Below, one piece after another: positions 28,261-37,061 of a DNA stretch of 64,000 nt. The stretch is from a virus, in IMG/VR virus record IMGVR_UViG_3300027747_004524, positions 1-64,000 of that record; one strand, given 5' to 3'. Positions within the stretch are counted from its first letter, which is position 1. Each line of letters opens with the position of its first letter. Both the position numbers and the translations under genes were made by a program. The notes below the pieces were generated by a model. That model was not told where the DNA came from and did no database searches. It saw only the letters and a list, made by a program, of their open reading frames with translations.

Positions 28261-28764
28261 TTATTCTAAGCTTATTTGTTGTGCACCGTTCATTATTGGA
28301 TTGTCTTCACTGTGTCCAACACTATCGGCTACATTGCCAGTCAAATTGGCCACGGTTACGTGATAGACTCTATTTGGTTCTATTTGAATGTTTGTCTGCT
28401 GTGCAAGTTCTTCCATGTATCTTTTAAGTGCTTCTTGTTCGACTACCACAGCAAAAACTGACTTTTTGCCATCTCTTTCTACTGAATAAATTTGGCTTGG
28501 ATTAAAAGTTATTTCTGTCTGCAAAGGAGGCAGAACAGCTCCTTTTAAAGGCTTTGCAAGCTGTTGGTGTAACATGGTTACATGTAGCTTGTCTTGTGGC
28601 AAAGGCTTCAAGTCAGGAAACTTTTCTAGAACTTTATTTTGTATTTCTACTATTTGGGTTGGATTTGGTTTGACCTTCAGTATACCAGTGTGCTCTGGTT
28701 GGTAATTTTCCTGAAGAATTCTAGATTTAACCCACTCGTTAAAAGAAAAATTATAGCTATGCAT
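28261..28764 (-). CDS. 2H phosphoesterase with CTS-like N-terminus
   Basis: two HxT motifs: KLHVTML and YHVTVA. Confidence 0.8.
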   Translation of the reverse strand: MHSYNFSFNEWVKSRILQENYQPEHTGILKVKPNPTQIVEIQNKVLEKFPDLKPLPQDKLHVTMLHQQLAKPLKGAVLPPLQTEITFNPSQIYSVERDGKKSVFAVVVEQEALKRYMEELAQQTNIQIEPNRVYHVTVANLTGNVADSVGHSEDNPIMNGAQQISLE

Positions 28765-30184
28765 TTTTTCCTTTCGTTTGAAGTAATTTAGCCATTTTTG
28801 ATTCTAGTTCTTTTACTTTTTGTTTGGCTTTCTGTAGTTCGGATTCAAGCTCTCGGACCTTTGCCCCTTCTGGTGTGTTCGAATATCCGCGAACCGCCGC
28901 ACGACGTGCCCTGCTCCCCCCGTCAGTGAATTTTCCGACTGTTCCTCTAGTATCGGTCCACTTTTTAGCTTCATACACGTCATCAGCCATCCCCATTTGT
29001 ACGAGTGTAACCATTTTTGCTTCTATTTCTTTTACTCTTTTTTTTGCATCTGCTAGCTGGATCTTAAGCTTTGAGTATGGTCTTCCATCTGTTCTTTTTT
29101 CTTCATCCGAAAATGGCTCTCTCATTGATGTTAGTCTTTCTCTTGCACTTTCTGGAGCATCTACACTCCCTAGTGATGCCATCATTCTAGGGTGCCATGT
29201 TGCTTCTTTTGGTAGAAATGGGTTTTCATTGCTATTTGGTCCCATGTTCATGCCCATTCCCATTCCTGCTCCTTCATGGTCTTCTTCGTCTCCCATGTCC
29301 ATGTCATCATGGCCTTCTTCATCTTCCATGTCTTCATGGTCTTCATGGTCATGGTCGTGGTCTTCACCTTCTTCGTCGCCCATTTCTTCCATGTCTTCAT
29401 GGTCATGGTCTTCATCGTCGTCCATGTCTTCATGATCGTGATCTTCACCTTCTTCGTCTTCCATGTCTCCGTCTTCGTTTTCGTAATCTTCATCTCCTTC
29501 ATGATCATGGTCTTTGTGGCCTTCTTCATCGCCCATTCCTTCCTCATCTTCTAAACCAACAGGCTCAGCGACCATTTCGTTAAACATTTTGTCAAAATTT
29601 GTTGAGTAGTTCTTACTTTCAATTAGCTTAGAAAGTATGTCGTATGATTCTGGAGTGTTGAAAACTTCCTTCATCAATCCTTCTAGTATCTTTCCTCTTT
29701 TAGCTTCTCTTACAAATGTGAGTAGGTTCTTTTTATTGCACTGACATGCTTCAACTAGTTTTTTTGCTGCTTCGTGTACACCTTCTGAGCAATTGCTTTC
29801 TTTCTTCATTCTTTTTGCAAGTTCTGCTATTGATAGGTTCTTTGTATCTTTTACCCATTCTGATACGCCTGTTTTGGGCCATGTTCTTGTTTCTTTTGAT
29901 TTTTCATCTACATTTGGTTGGTAAACTAGTTTTTGGTCGCCTTTGTAAACCAATCCGTTTTTGTCTTCTTTGTTTGGATCCTTTGCGTTCTCACCGTTTG
30001 AATAAGGACTTGCATCCCCAACTTGTCCTTTTCCACCACTTGAGCAACCGCAATCGGTTTTCTTCAAGGATTCCTTTTCTGGTTTTCTGGGTTGTTTCCC
30101 TTCAAAGTCTGCTACTTTTGCAACTTTTGGCTTTTCTACTAGCTTTTTGTTTTGATCAATGTATTCTTGAAAACTTTTGAACAT
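28757..30184 (-). CDS. CTS-bearing protein with long Asp/Glu/His/Met-rich low-complexity tract and C-terminal coiled coils
   Basis: MFKSFQEYID start; EDHDHEDM-type repeats at about 29270-29560; AAGGAG SD. Confidence 0.8.
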   Translation of the reverse strand: MFKSFQEYIDQNKKLVEKPKVAKVADFEGKQPRKPEKESLKKTDCGCSSGGKGQVGDASPYSNGENAKDPNKEDKNGLVYKGDQKLVYQPNVDEKSKETRTWPKTGVSEWVKDTKNLSIAELAKRMKKESNCSEGVHEAAKKLVEACQCNKKNLLTFVREAKRGKILEGLMKEVFNTPESYDILSKLIESKNYSTNFDKMFNEMVAEPVGLEDEEGMGDEEGHKDHDHEGDEDYENEDGDMEDEEGEDHDHEDMDDDEDHDHEDMEEMGDEEGEDHDHDHEDHEDMEDEEGHDDMDMGDEEDHEGAGMGMGMNMGPNSNENPFLPKEATWHPRMMASLGSVDAPESARERLTSMREPFSDEEKRTDGRPYSKLKIQLADAKKRVKEIEAKMVTLVQMGMADDVYEAKKWTDTRGTVGKFTDGGSRARRAAVRGYSNTPEGAKVRELESELQKAKQKVKELESKMAKLLQTKGKNA

Positions 30185-30228
30185 GGGGATTTTTCTCCTT
30201 TTGTGATATATATGGTGCTAAATTCAAT

Positions 30229-30257
30229 TTTACGAGCCCTAATTTGTGTGCTATAAT
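30229..30257 (+). promoter_or_regulatory. sigma70 promoter of tmRNA
   Basis: TTTACG-17 nt-TATAAT with extended TG; 9 nt before the 5' end of tmRNA. Confidence 0.7.
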
Positions 30258-30266
30258 GCTATTAAT

Positions 30267-30615
30267 GGGGTCGTAAAGGTATCGACGTAGTGATAGGAGG
30301 TATTGGTGGCACGTCGAGGTTGGTCGATGGCCTCGTAAAAATCGACTAAAGCCTTAACTGGCGAAGTTTCTTACGCAATGGCTGCCTGAGAAGGTATCCA
30401 CGAATCTAGGAAGCCACGCGGGAAGCGTCCAAAGATTCGTCGCAAAATCCTGCTGGTATCAAACTGGTCGGCTTAGTTTGGTATGAGAAAATAGGCCGAA
30501 AGACTCAAAGACCTTTGTTCATTGTGGTCAATGAAGTCTTATGAACAATGAAACAAACGTGTAGAAGCCATATCAAGTACGCTTACGGACAGGGGTTCGA
30601 CTCCCCTCGACTCCA
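30267..30615 (+). ncRNA. ssrA: tmRNA; tag (A)GEVSYAMAA at 30360-30389
   Basis: 5' GGGGTCG / 3' CGACTCCA acceptor with G3-U pair; T arm AGGGG-TTCGACT-CCCCT; TAACT then GGC resume codon; tag ends AA-TGA. Confidence 0.93.
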
Positions 30616-30617
30616 CT

Positions 30618-30655
30618 AAAGGGAGGACTACTAAAAAGTGGTCCTCCCTTTTTTT
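30618..30655 (+). terminator. intrinsic terminator after tmRNA
   Basis: AAAGGGAGGACTA/TGGTCCTCCCTTT hairpin plus T-run. Confidence 0.85.
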
Positions 30656-30686
30656 GTTAAATGTTTAGACAGTTGTTTAGGAAAAG

Positions 30687-30815
30687 TTATAAGCGACATC
30701 CCAGATCCTGATTAACTGTTATTGAGTAGTTACTTCCATTAATTGTGTAAAACGATTGATCAAAATGATTTTGATTTAATTGGTTTTCTAAAAGCCATTG
30801 ATTAAATGTTTTCAT
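30687..30815 (-). CDS. 42-aa peptide with near-canonical CTS (MKTFNQWLLE); not in ORF track
   Basis: MKTFNQWLLENQLNQNHFDQSFYTINGSNYSITVNQDLGCRL; TAGATA/TAAATA just upstream. Confidence 0.6.
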   Translation of the reverse strand: MKTFNQWLLENQLNQNHFDQSFYTINGSNYSITVNQDLGCRL

Positions 30816-30818
30816 AGT

Positions 30819-31838
30819 TTATCTATTTAACATATACGTTTTTCTTCCAAAATTTCCTGTGTTATCATCTTTGGAATTGTCTGACACCATGTTGATTTTG
30901 AATCCTAAATCATTCATATATTTTAATTGTTCGTATCCCTCTTTATCATTGTTTGTTTCTAAAAATATTGTTTTTGCAATCCTAGAGACGTTAAGATACA
31001 AGCCACGCCAGTTTTTAATCCATGATCCTAAAGAAAACAGGAAAGCTACATCGAACTCTTCTTTTATGTCAAGCGGCAGATTCAAGTCTTTTTTTTGAAA
31101 TTCAAGATTGTACGTAAATTGAAATATCTTTTTAAGTTGGTTTGCACAATCTATACATCTTTTGTCAAATTCTAAACCAACACCTCTTTTGATCTCAGTC
31201 AAGTGAAATAGCATTCCTCCATTGTTGCATCCTAGATCTAGCACTGTCTTGCCTTCGAAGTTGTAATATTTTTTTAGACTTTCTATTCTTTTCTTTGGTG
31301 TTCTTTGTCCTTTAAGGTTTATGTTTCCAATGTTAAAAGAATGATACCCATTTTCTGTTCTGTTGAACCACGGATTAGTTTGGTCGGACTTTCCACAAGT
31401 TTTTTTTATTTCTTTTTCTACAAAGTCTATTGAAAGACGATCAAAATACAAATCAAAATTATTTTCCTTCAACTGATCGGTTACCAACCTATTGTTTATA
31501 CACACGCAGATTCTATGAAGTCCATCTATTATTACAAATTTATCTAATTCTAAAGAGTGAAACACACTTATCTTTACTCTTTCTAGGTTTTTGATGTCCG
31601 ATGCTAGTTGAAGAAACTTTTCTTTACTTCGTCCATACTGTTCAGCTTCTTTGATGTACTTTTCATATTCTTCAAAATTGTTCGAAGATAGTGCTTTAAA
31701 ATTTACTGTTTCTTCAATTGGCACTATTTTGAACGATGGTGAGTTTTTGAATGCTTCATCTTTGAACTTGCAGCCACCAAAAGGACTTGATATGGTCAAG
31801 TTTTGGAGGGCAAATATTCTATTTAATTTTATGGGCAT
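30819..31838 (-). CDS. ParB/Srx-like domain fused to class I SAM methyltransferase
   Basis: FVIIDGLHRI; TVLDLGCNNGG..GLEFD. Confidence 0.7.
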   Translation of the reverse strand: MPIKLNRIFALQNLTISSPFGGCKFKDEAFKNSPSFKIVPIEETVNFKALSSNNFEEYEKYIKEAEQYGRSKEKFLQLASDIKNLERVKISVFHSLELDKFVIIDGLHRICVCINNRLVTDQLKENNFDLYFDRLSIDFVEKEIKKTCGKSDQTNPWFNRTENGYHSFNIGNINLKGQRTPKKRIESLKKYYNFEGKTVLDLGCNNGGMLFHLTEIKRGVGLEFDKRCIDCANQLKKIFQFTYNLEFQKKDLNLPLDIKEEFDVAFLFSLGSWIKNWRGLYLNVSRIAKTIFLETNNDKEGYEQLKYMNDLGFKINMVSDNSKDDNTGNFGRKTYMLNR

Positions 31839-31841
31839 GAT

Positions 31842-31870
31842 TTGACATTTGTCCCTCCATAGTCTATTAT
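31842..31870 (+). promoter_or_regulatory. sigma70 promoter of tRNA-Asn and the dnaE C-part operon
   Basis: TTGACA-17 nt-TATTAT. Confidence 0.7.
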
Positions 31871-31879
31871 AAAAGAAAT

Positions 31880-31951
31880 TGCTTGGTAGCTCAATGGTAG
31901 AGCAGCCGGCTGTTAACCGGCGGGTTATAAGTTCGAGTCTTATCCAAGCAG
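31880..31951 (+). tRNA. tRNA-Asn(GTT), no encoded CCA
   Basis: acceptor TGCTTGG/CCAAGCA; anticodon arm GCCGG-CTGTTAA-CCGGC; T loop TTCGAGT. Confidence 0.95.
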
Positions 31952-31954
31952 CTT

Positions 31955-32161
31955 ATGGAAAATTCTTTTGTATATCGTTTCTTTTTGGTCTTGGCCCGTA
32001 CTATAGACCATAGAGTTGGGAAGACAGATTCTGATGCACCTGACATACCTGTGTTGACCATGCAAGAAGCTTTGGTTTCTTTTTTTATCAAGTTTTTTAT
32101 TGTATTGGTCAATTTTATTACGTGTGCTTTTGTAATAGCAAGTATTATCCATCACTGGTAG
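31955..32161 (+). CDS. small hypothetical membrane protein
   Basis: 68 aa, C-terminal TM segment. Confidence 0.5.
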   Translation: MENSFVYRFFLVLARTIDHRVGKTDSDAPDIPVLTMQEALVSFFIKFFIVLVNFITCAFVIASIIHHW

Positions 32162-32165
32162 AGAT

Positions 32166-35100
32166 ATGTCAAAAGAAGATGAAGACCTTGAAGCATTGTG
32201 TGTTTCTTCTCTTAAAAACAAGAAGCTAGATAATGATCCTAATTTTTATAAAAGGCTTAGGTGGGAGCTTGAGGAGATCAAGGCAAAGAATAGGTCCAAC
32301 TATTTCTTAGATCTACACAAAAGAAAAGTTTTTTATCCAAGTAATGAGAATAACTTACTGACTTGTTGGCTTCTGGGTATCGTTTCTAGCGTTGATATCA
32401 ACAAAGAGCCTAAATGTGAGTATGGGGATTATCCCGATATCGACGTAGATTTTATTCCGGTTGTGAGAGAGTATTTAAAAAATACTTGGGCTCCTTCTAC
32501 TTTCGGTGAAGAGTACGTTTGCAACATAGGAAATTATACTACCTTCGGGATTAAGTCCGCTTTAATAGACATGGCTCGTGTTCATGGTGAAAGCCGTGAT
32601 GAAATTTTAGCCTTAACCAAGAACTTAGATGCCAAAGACGATGAAGGCAAGGCTATGACTTGGGACTCAGCCATGAAGCTGAATCCTGATCTTAAAAAGT
32701 ATTGTGACAGATATCCTGAGATAGCTGAGTCCGCGAAAAAACTTCTGAATAGAAATAGAGGAATGGGTGTTCATGCTGGAGGGTTGATAATATCTAACTC
32801 TCCACTGCCCGAACTAGTTCCACTTGTAAAAAGAAAAGATAACCCTCAAGCGTCTGCTTGGGTTGAGGGCTTGCACGGCCAAGACCTTCAGCCGGTCGGC
32901 CTTGTTAAATTTGATCTTCTAGTTATATCAAATCTGCTACAGATAGCTAAATGCTGCGAGTTAGTTAAGAACAGACATAACCTAAAGGGTATTTGTGCAT
33001 TAGAGGGACAGGCAGACTGGTCAGACGTTAAAGCCTGGCGAAACGACTCTGTTGCTTTAGAGATGGCAAACTCCGGTGATCTCAAAGGCATCTTTCAGTT
33101 TGATAGTGAAACTGTAAGAGGCATGTGCCAGAATGGTGGTGTGGACAGATTTGAAGATTTAGTTGCTTATACGAGTTTGAATCGTCCCGGTCCTCTTAAC
33201 ATGAAGATGCAGGAACGATACATCGAAAGAAAAAGGGGTCGGGAAGATTATTCACTACATTCTTTGATAGAACCCATATTAGGCGACACTTATGGGGTTA
33301 TGATTTATCAAGAACAAGTCATGAAAATCCTTAACGTGGTTGGAGAGATTCCTCTTAAGGATTGCGAGCTTGTTCGAAAAGCAATAAGCAAGAAGAAGAT
33401 AGATAGCTTCATAAAGTACAAAGAGATGTTTGTTCGTAACGGCCAAAAGAATTTAGGCGTTAACGAAAAAGAGGTTGAAGATCTTTGGCGAGCTATTGAG
33501 GCTTTTAGCGAATATGGTTTCAATAAATCTATGCACCAAGATACATATATATCTACGCCTAAAGGACTTAAGAAAATTTGTGATTTTCAAAAAGGGGACA
33601 TAGTTTATTGTATCGATGAATTAGGCAACACGGTAGAAACGGAAGTGGTCAATCTTCACTATCATGGGATCTTACAAGGTTATAAAGTAGAATTTGATGA
33701 TGGCTATAAAATAGTTTGCACTTTAGACCATAAGTTTCTCACACAAGAGGGACAGAAGCCTCTCCATGAAATTATATTGAATAAGACTTCTGTTCTTTGT
33801 GAAAAAGAATTTGGAGGAAATTATGCCGAAGAGAAGAGAAGATGGTTGGATGTCGAAGTGCAAAAAGAAGTTCCCCAGGCTAGAGATGTCTTGCTTCCAC
33901 AGCAGCACAGGAAGAATGACGTTAGAATGGTGGACCACCTTTCAGAACATGCTCCAATCTCCAATACCCGGGGTTTGGTGTCTAGGAAAATTGTACGAGT
34001 TGTGCCCGTGGGCGAACGACAAATGTACGATCTTGAAGTTTCCTGCCTAACACACAACTTTATTTTGCCAAATGGAGTAGTAACAAGTAATAGCCATGCC
34101 GTTGCTTATAGCTATGTCTCTGCATATCTTCTTTATCTAAAGTCTCATTATCCCCACGAGTTTTATACCAGCATACTTAGTTGTGAAACACTAAGCGACA
34201 AAATAAAAGAATACAAAATGGAGGCTAAACTCCATGATGTAAACGTGCTTCCTATAGAAGTTAATCGATCAAAGGTCAATTTTGATCTTCAAGGTGAAGA
34301 CATATACTTTGGACTATCCAACGTTAAAGGAGTAGGAGAAGCTCCCGCGAAGAGAATAGTAGACCTACAACCGTTCAGTGGGTTTGAAGATTTTCTAGAA
34401 AGATTTGGGACTGATGCCAACGTTCTCAAACCTTTAATTGGCCTTAGGTGTTTTAATGAAAGCGACCCGGTCACTTTGTGGAAGTTCTCAGAGTGTTATA
34501 AACTTTTTTCAAAAAGAAACGAAGACAAAAAGAAAAGGTACATTGCTGCTTTAGAAAAGTACGAAGAAGAGTTTAAGGAGCTTTTTCCTGAGGAGAGCAT
34601 AAGGCTTAGTGATATAAAAGGAGACTCTCCTTTTGAAGATCCTTATTGGATCAAGTACAATGCAGACGGCGACCAATTTATAGAGAAAAGAGTTGAGTGT
34701 GATAAAGATGATGAAGGAGCTTATGCAAAAGTCGTAAACACCCCAGTAACTTTGGATTGCGGTTTGACCATAGAGAAAGAGACTGTTAAGTACTATAAAA
34801 AGGTTAAAGTCAGAAGAAACTGGAATCGGTTAGTTGCTTTTAGATCGCTTTGGAACAAGAGAAACAAGTCCATTGAAAGGTATAAGCTCATATCAAAGGA
34901 CAGTCCAACGCTTGCAACTTTTGATCCATCAAAACACGATATTGATGGAAACCTTGAAGAAGAACTTAGCAACTTAGACTTTTGTGAAAATAAGTACTAT
35001 GGATTTAGCTGGATACATCCATTGGAGAACAGCCCAGACTATAGGGGCAATCTCACCTTTAACAATTTAAAAGCATCAGAAGACGTTGCTGTGGGGGCAG

Positions 35101-35399
35101 TAGAGATTAAGGTACTTAAGGCTACGAAAACAAAGAGTAAAAAAGGCACAGAATATTACCAAATTCAGGCCGAAGACGTCACAGGGCAATCGAACAAGAT
35201 AATAGTTTGGTTGGACGATTGGGAAAGATGGAGCGAGGAGCTTTCTCCAAACAATCTACTTAGAATAAGGCTTCAGCCGCCTTCTAATGGATTCGCTACT
35301 TTTACACTTGAATCGAACAGTAGCGGATTTAGATGGAAGGGCGTCAAAAAGTACCCTGACAAGAAGGACGATATTAGGATTGTTGTTCTTAGTAGTTAG
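32166..35399 (+). CDS. dnaE: DNA polymerase III alpha subunit, C-terminal part (palm, fingers, HhH, OB), intein-containing
   Basis: YPDIDVDF, GVHAGG, VKFDLL, GIFQF, RPGP, YQEQVM, YGFNK|SHAVAY, GLSNVKGVG, OB fold. Confidence 0.93.
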   Translation: MSKEDEDLEALCVSSLKNKKLDNDPNFYKRLRWELEEIKAKNRSNYFLDLHKRKVFYPSNENNLLTCWLLGIVSSVDINKEPKCEYGDYPDIDVDFIPVVREYLKNTWAPSTFGEEYVCNIGNYTTFGIKSALIDMARVHGESRDEILALTKNLDAKDDEGKAMTWDSAMKLNPDLKKYCDRYPEIAESAKKLLNRNRGMGVHAGGLIISNSPLPELVPLVKRKDNPQASAWVEGLHGQDLQPVGLVKFDLLVISNLLQIAKCCELVKNRHNLKGICALEGQADWSDVKAWRNDSVALEMANSGDLKGIFQFDSETVRGMCQNGGVDRFEDLVAYTSLNRPGPLNMKMQERYIERKRGREDYSLHSLIEPILGDTYGVMIYQEQVMKILNVVGEIPLKDCELVRKAISKKKIDSFIKYKEMFVRNGQKNLGVNEKEVEDLWRAIEAFSEYGFNKSMHQDTYISTPKGLKKICDFQKGDIVYCIDELGNTVETEVVNLHYHGILQGYKVEFDDGYKIVCTLDHKFLTQEGQKPLHEIILNKTSVLCEKEFGGNYAEEKRRWLDVEVQKEVPQARDVLLPQQHRKNDVRMVDHLSEHAPISNTRGLVSRKIVRVVPVGERQMYDLEVSCLTHNFILPNGVVTSNSHAVAYSYVSAYLLYLKSHYPHEFYTSILSCETLSDKIKEYKMEAKLHDVNVLPIEVNRSKVNFDLQGEDIYFGLSNVKGVGEAPAKRIVDLQPFSGFEDFLERFGTDANVLKPLIGLRCFNESDPVTLWKFSECYKLFSKRNEDKKKRYIAALEKYEEEFKELFPEESIRLSDIKGDSPFEDPYWIKYNADGDQFIEKRVECDKDDEGAYAKVVNTPVTLDCGLTIEKETVKYYKKVKVRRNWNRLVAFRSLWNKRNKSIERYKLISKDSPTLATFDPSKHDIDGNLEEELSNLDFCENKYYGFSWIHPLENSPDYRGNLTFNNLKASEDVAVGAVEIKVLKATKTKSKKGTEYYQIQAEDVTGQSNKIIVWLDDWERWSEELSPNNLLRIRLQPPSNGFATFTLESNSSGFRWKGVKKYPDKKDDIRIVVLSS
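33528..34091 (+). mobile_element. mini-intein (188 aa, residues 455-642) inserted at GFNK|SH of DnaE
   Basis: Ser1 (SMHQDTYI..PKG), block B CTLDHKF, block F MYDLEV, HNF..GVVTSN end, +1 Ser; removal restores GFNKSHAVAY. Confidence 0.92.
33823..34050 (+). pseudogene. out-of-frame ORF nested in the intein, possible remnant of a homing-endonuclease gene
   Basis: GGAGGA 33813-18 then ATG 33823; MPKRREDGWMSKCKKKFPRLEMSCFHSSTGRMTLEWW... Confidence 0.4.
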
Positions 35400-35441
35400 A
35401 TTTATTGGAAACTAACTTATTTATAGGCAAAAGGAAAAATT

Positions 35442-35939
35442 ATGAACCAAGAACTTGTTATAGATGAGAACAACTTTACACAGTACTTTAGAGATTGCAG
35501 AAATTGCCGTCCTGAAAAGGGAGACATTATGGCAAGATTCACTGCTATCGCTGAGTTCGTAGACGGCAGGATGAAGAAAGATATAATAGATCTTCTTTAC
35601 AACAAAGATAACAAGGTAAATGCAGCCATCCAGGTTATGAGGAAATTAGGCTGTGCCACAGAAAAAGATGCTATACGTATTTGTAAGGACATATGTCAAG
35701 ACCTGTTTTCTGGTATGAAACCTGAAGAAGTTGAGAGTAAAGTGTATAAATACCAAATGGAATCGTTCTATTATACGAAAAAGGAATTCGTACCATTAGA
35801 CGATCCCCATTGGTCCTTAATCGGCATAGCGAACTTAGATGAGTTCCTAGACAAGTCAGGCAACAAACTTAGAATGGAGTCGAAGTTAAATTCAAATCCT
35901 ACAAAGGAAGGGGATGAGCAACAACAGGAAGTTCAATGA
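35442..35939 (+). CDS. hypothetical protein
   Basis: 165 aa, AAGGA SD. Confidence 0.7.
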   Translation: MNQELVIDENNFTQYFRDCRNCRPEKGDIMARFTAIAEFVDGRMKKDIIDLLYNKDNKVNAAIQVMRKLGCATEKDAIRICKDICQDLFSGMKPEEVESKVYKYQMESFYYTKKEFVPLDDPHWSLIGIANLDEFLDKSGNKLRMESKLNSNPTKEGDEQQQEVQ

Positions 35940-36480
35940 AACGCTATATGTAACAACACCGTATAGACCAGAGCCAGGAAGCTTTGCAAGGTATAAGGGT
36001 TTTTCTGGAGATAAGTATAGAATACCACAGTGGCATTACTGCAGGGATATATTCCACCCACAGCTTTATAACTTAGATCTTTTTTTCTTTTCTCACGACC
36101 CTAATAAAAGCTACAATGTAGCTCGTTTTATGGAAAGATTAGAAAATATGGTGGATATAGACTTCCCATCAGAATACGGTCCAACACAGAGGAAATCTAT
36201 TATGTGGATTAGGCCTTCTGCTTGGTGGACCATAAGATCCATGAGAAGGTCTTTATTTACTATACTTTTGAGATGCGGTAACAGCTATTCGCCAAGCAAG
36301 AAGAATTTTGAGGAATCACTTTTCAGTGATCCTTATGCTCTTGCAACTAAATACGCCATAAAAAGGTTTTTAAGGGGTTATACGCTTTATACTGGAACAA
36401 AAAAAGGATGGTTAGACCAATTTTATGAGGTTAGACTTAATAAAAAGACAATAGATTCTTTGTTGGTAGAGCCTATATAG
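35914..36480 (+). CDS. hypothetical protein
   Basis: 188 aa, overlapping start. Confidence 0.7.
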   Translation: MSNNRKFNETLYVTTPYRPEPGSFARYKGFSGDKYRIPQWHYCRDIFHPQLYNLDLFFFSHDPNKSYNVARFMERLENMVDIDFPSEYGPTQRKSIMWIRPSAWWTIRSMRRSLFTILLRCGNSYSPSKKNFEESLFSDPYALATKYAIKRFLRGYTLYTGTKKGWLDQFYEVRLNKKTIDSLLVEPI

Positions 36481-36503
36481 TATTAACTAATTGGAGGTTA
36501 TTT

Positions 36504-37061
36504 ATGGGCGACATGATGGACGATATTAACAAGTTTGCTAAAATATGGGATAATGCTGTACAAAAAGGCATCTTCAATGCCCCTTCATTGCCTGCTAACA
36601 CAGAAGCAGAAAGAGAAGAAGAGACCGACAGAGGTACAGACTTTTTTGGTCAATATCTAGCAGACGATTACGACAGAGATAAGCCTTTAAATGAAGTTGA
36701 TACCAAATATTGGGCCATACTTTCTAGAAAAGCAGACCCGTTGAGTGAAGAGAATAATCCTTTAAAGACCGTTGTTAACGCCATAGGTACTTCTCAAAAC
36801 CCAGTATATCCTAATTCTGTAGGAAAGGACCAGGATTTAAACGTAACTCCAAACTGGGGGTCTGGCGGCAAAGAGATAGAAGAGCTAGAGAAACTAAAAG
36901 TAGAACTACATGAACTTGAATCAAAATTGAATTCTTTAGTTTCTAAAGATCAAGATTCAAAGGTTGAAGGGGTTCAATCCAAGATAGATTCCTTAAAAAA
37001 TGAAATAGACAAATTGAGTGATTCACTAGCGGGCAACAGGTTTGATCCTAAATCTGCTTAG
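36504..37061 (+). CDS. hypothetical protein with C-terminal coiled coil
   Basis: GGAGG SD; TATATAGTA upstream at 36474. Confidence 0.7.
   Translation: MGDMMDDINKFAKIWDNAVQKGIFNAPSLPANTEAEREEETDRGTDFFGQYLADDYDRDKPLNEVDTKYWAILSRKADPLSEENNPLKTVVNAIGTSQNPVYPNSVGKDQDLNVTPNWGSGGKEIEELEKLKVELHELESKLNSLVSKDQDSKVEGVQSKIDSLKNEIDKLSDSLAGNRFDPKSA

Noticed and set aside
28824-30180. Several long overlapping ORFs (28824+, 29197+, 29248-, 29276+, 29746+)
   Set aside because: Shadows of the low-complexity minus-strand gene 28757-30184.
25200-32460. Split intein joining the two dnaE halves (CLEFK.. near the end of part 1)
   Set aside because: The tail after that Cys lacks block A features, and the N-terminus of part 2 has no HN/SN + C/S/T junction before PDID; it instead resembles duplicated DnaE sequence.
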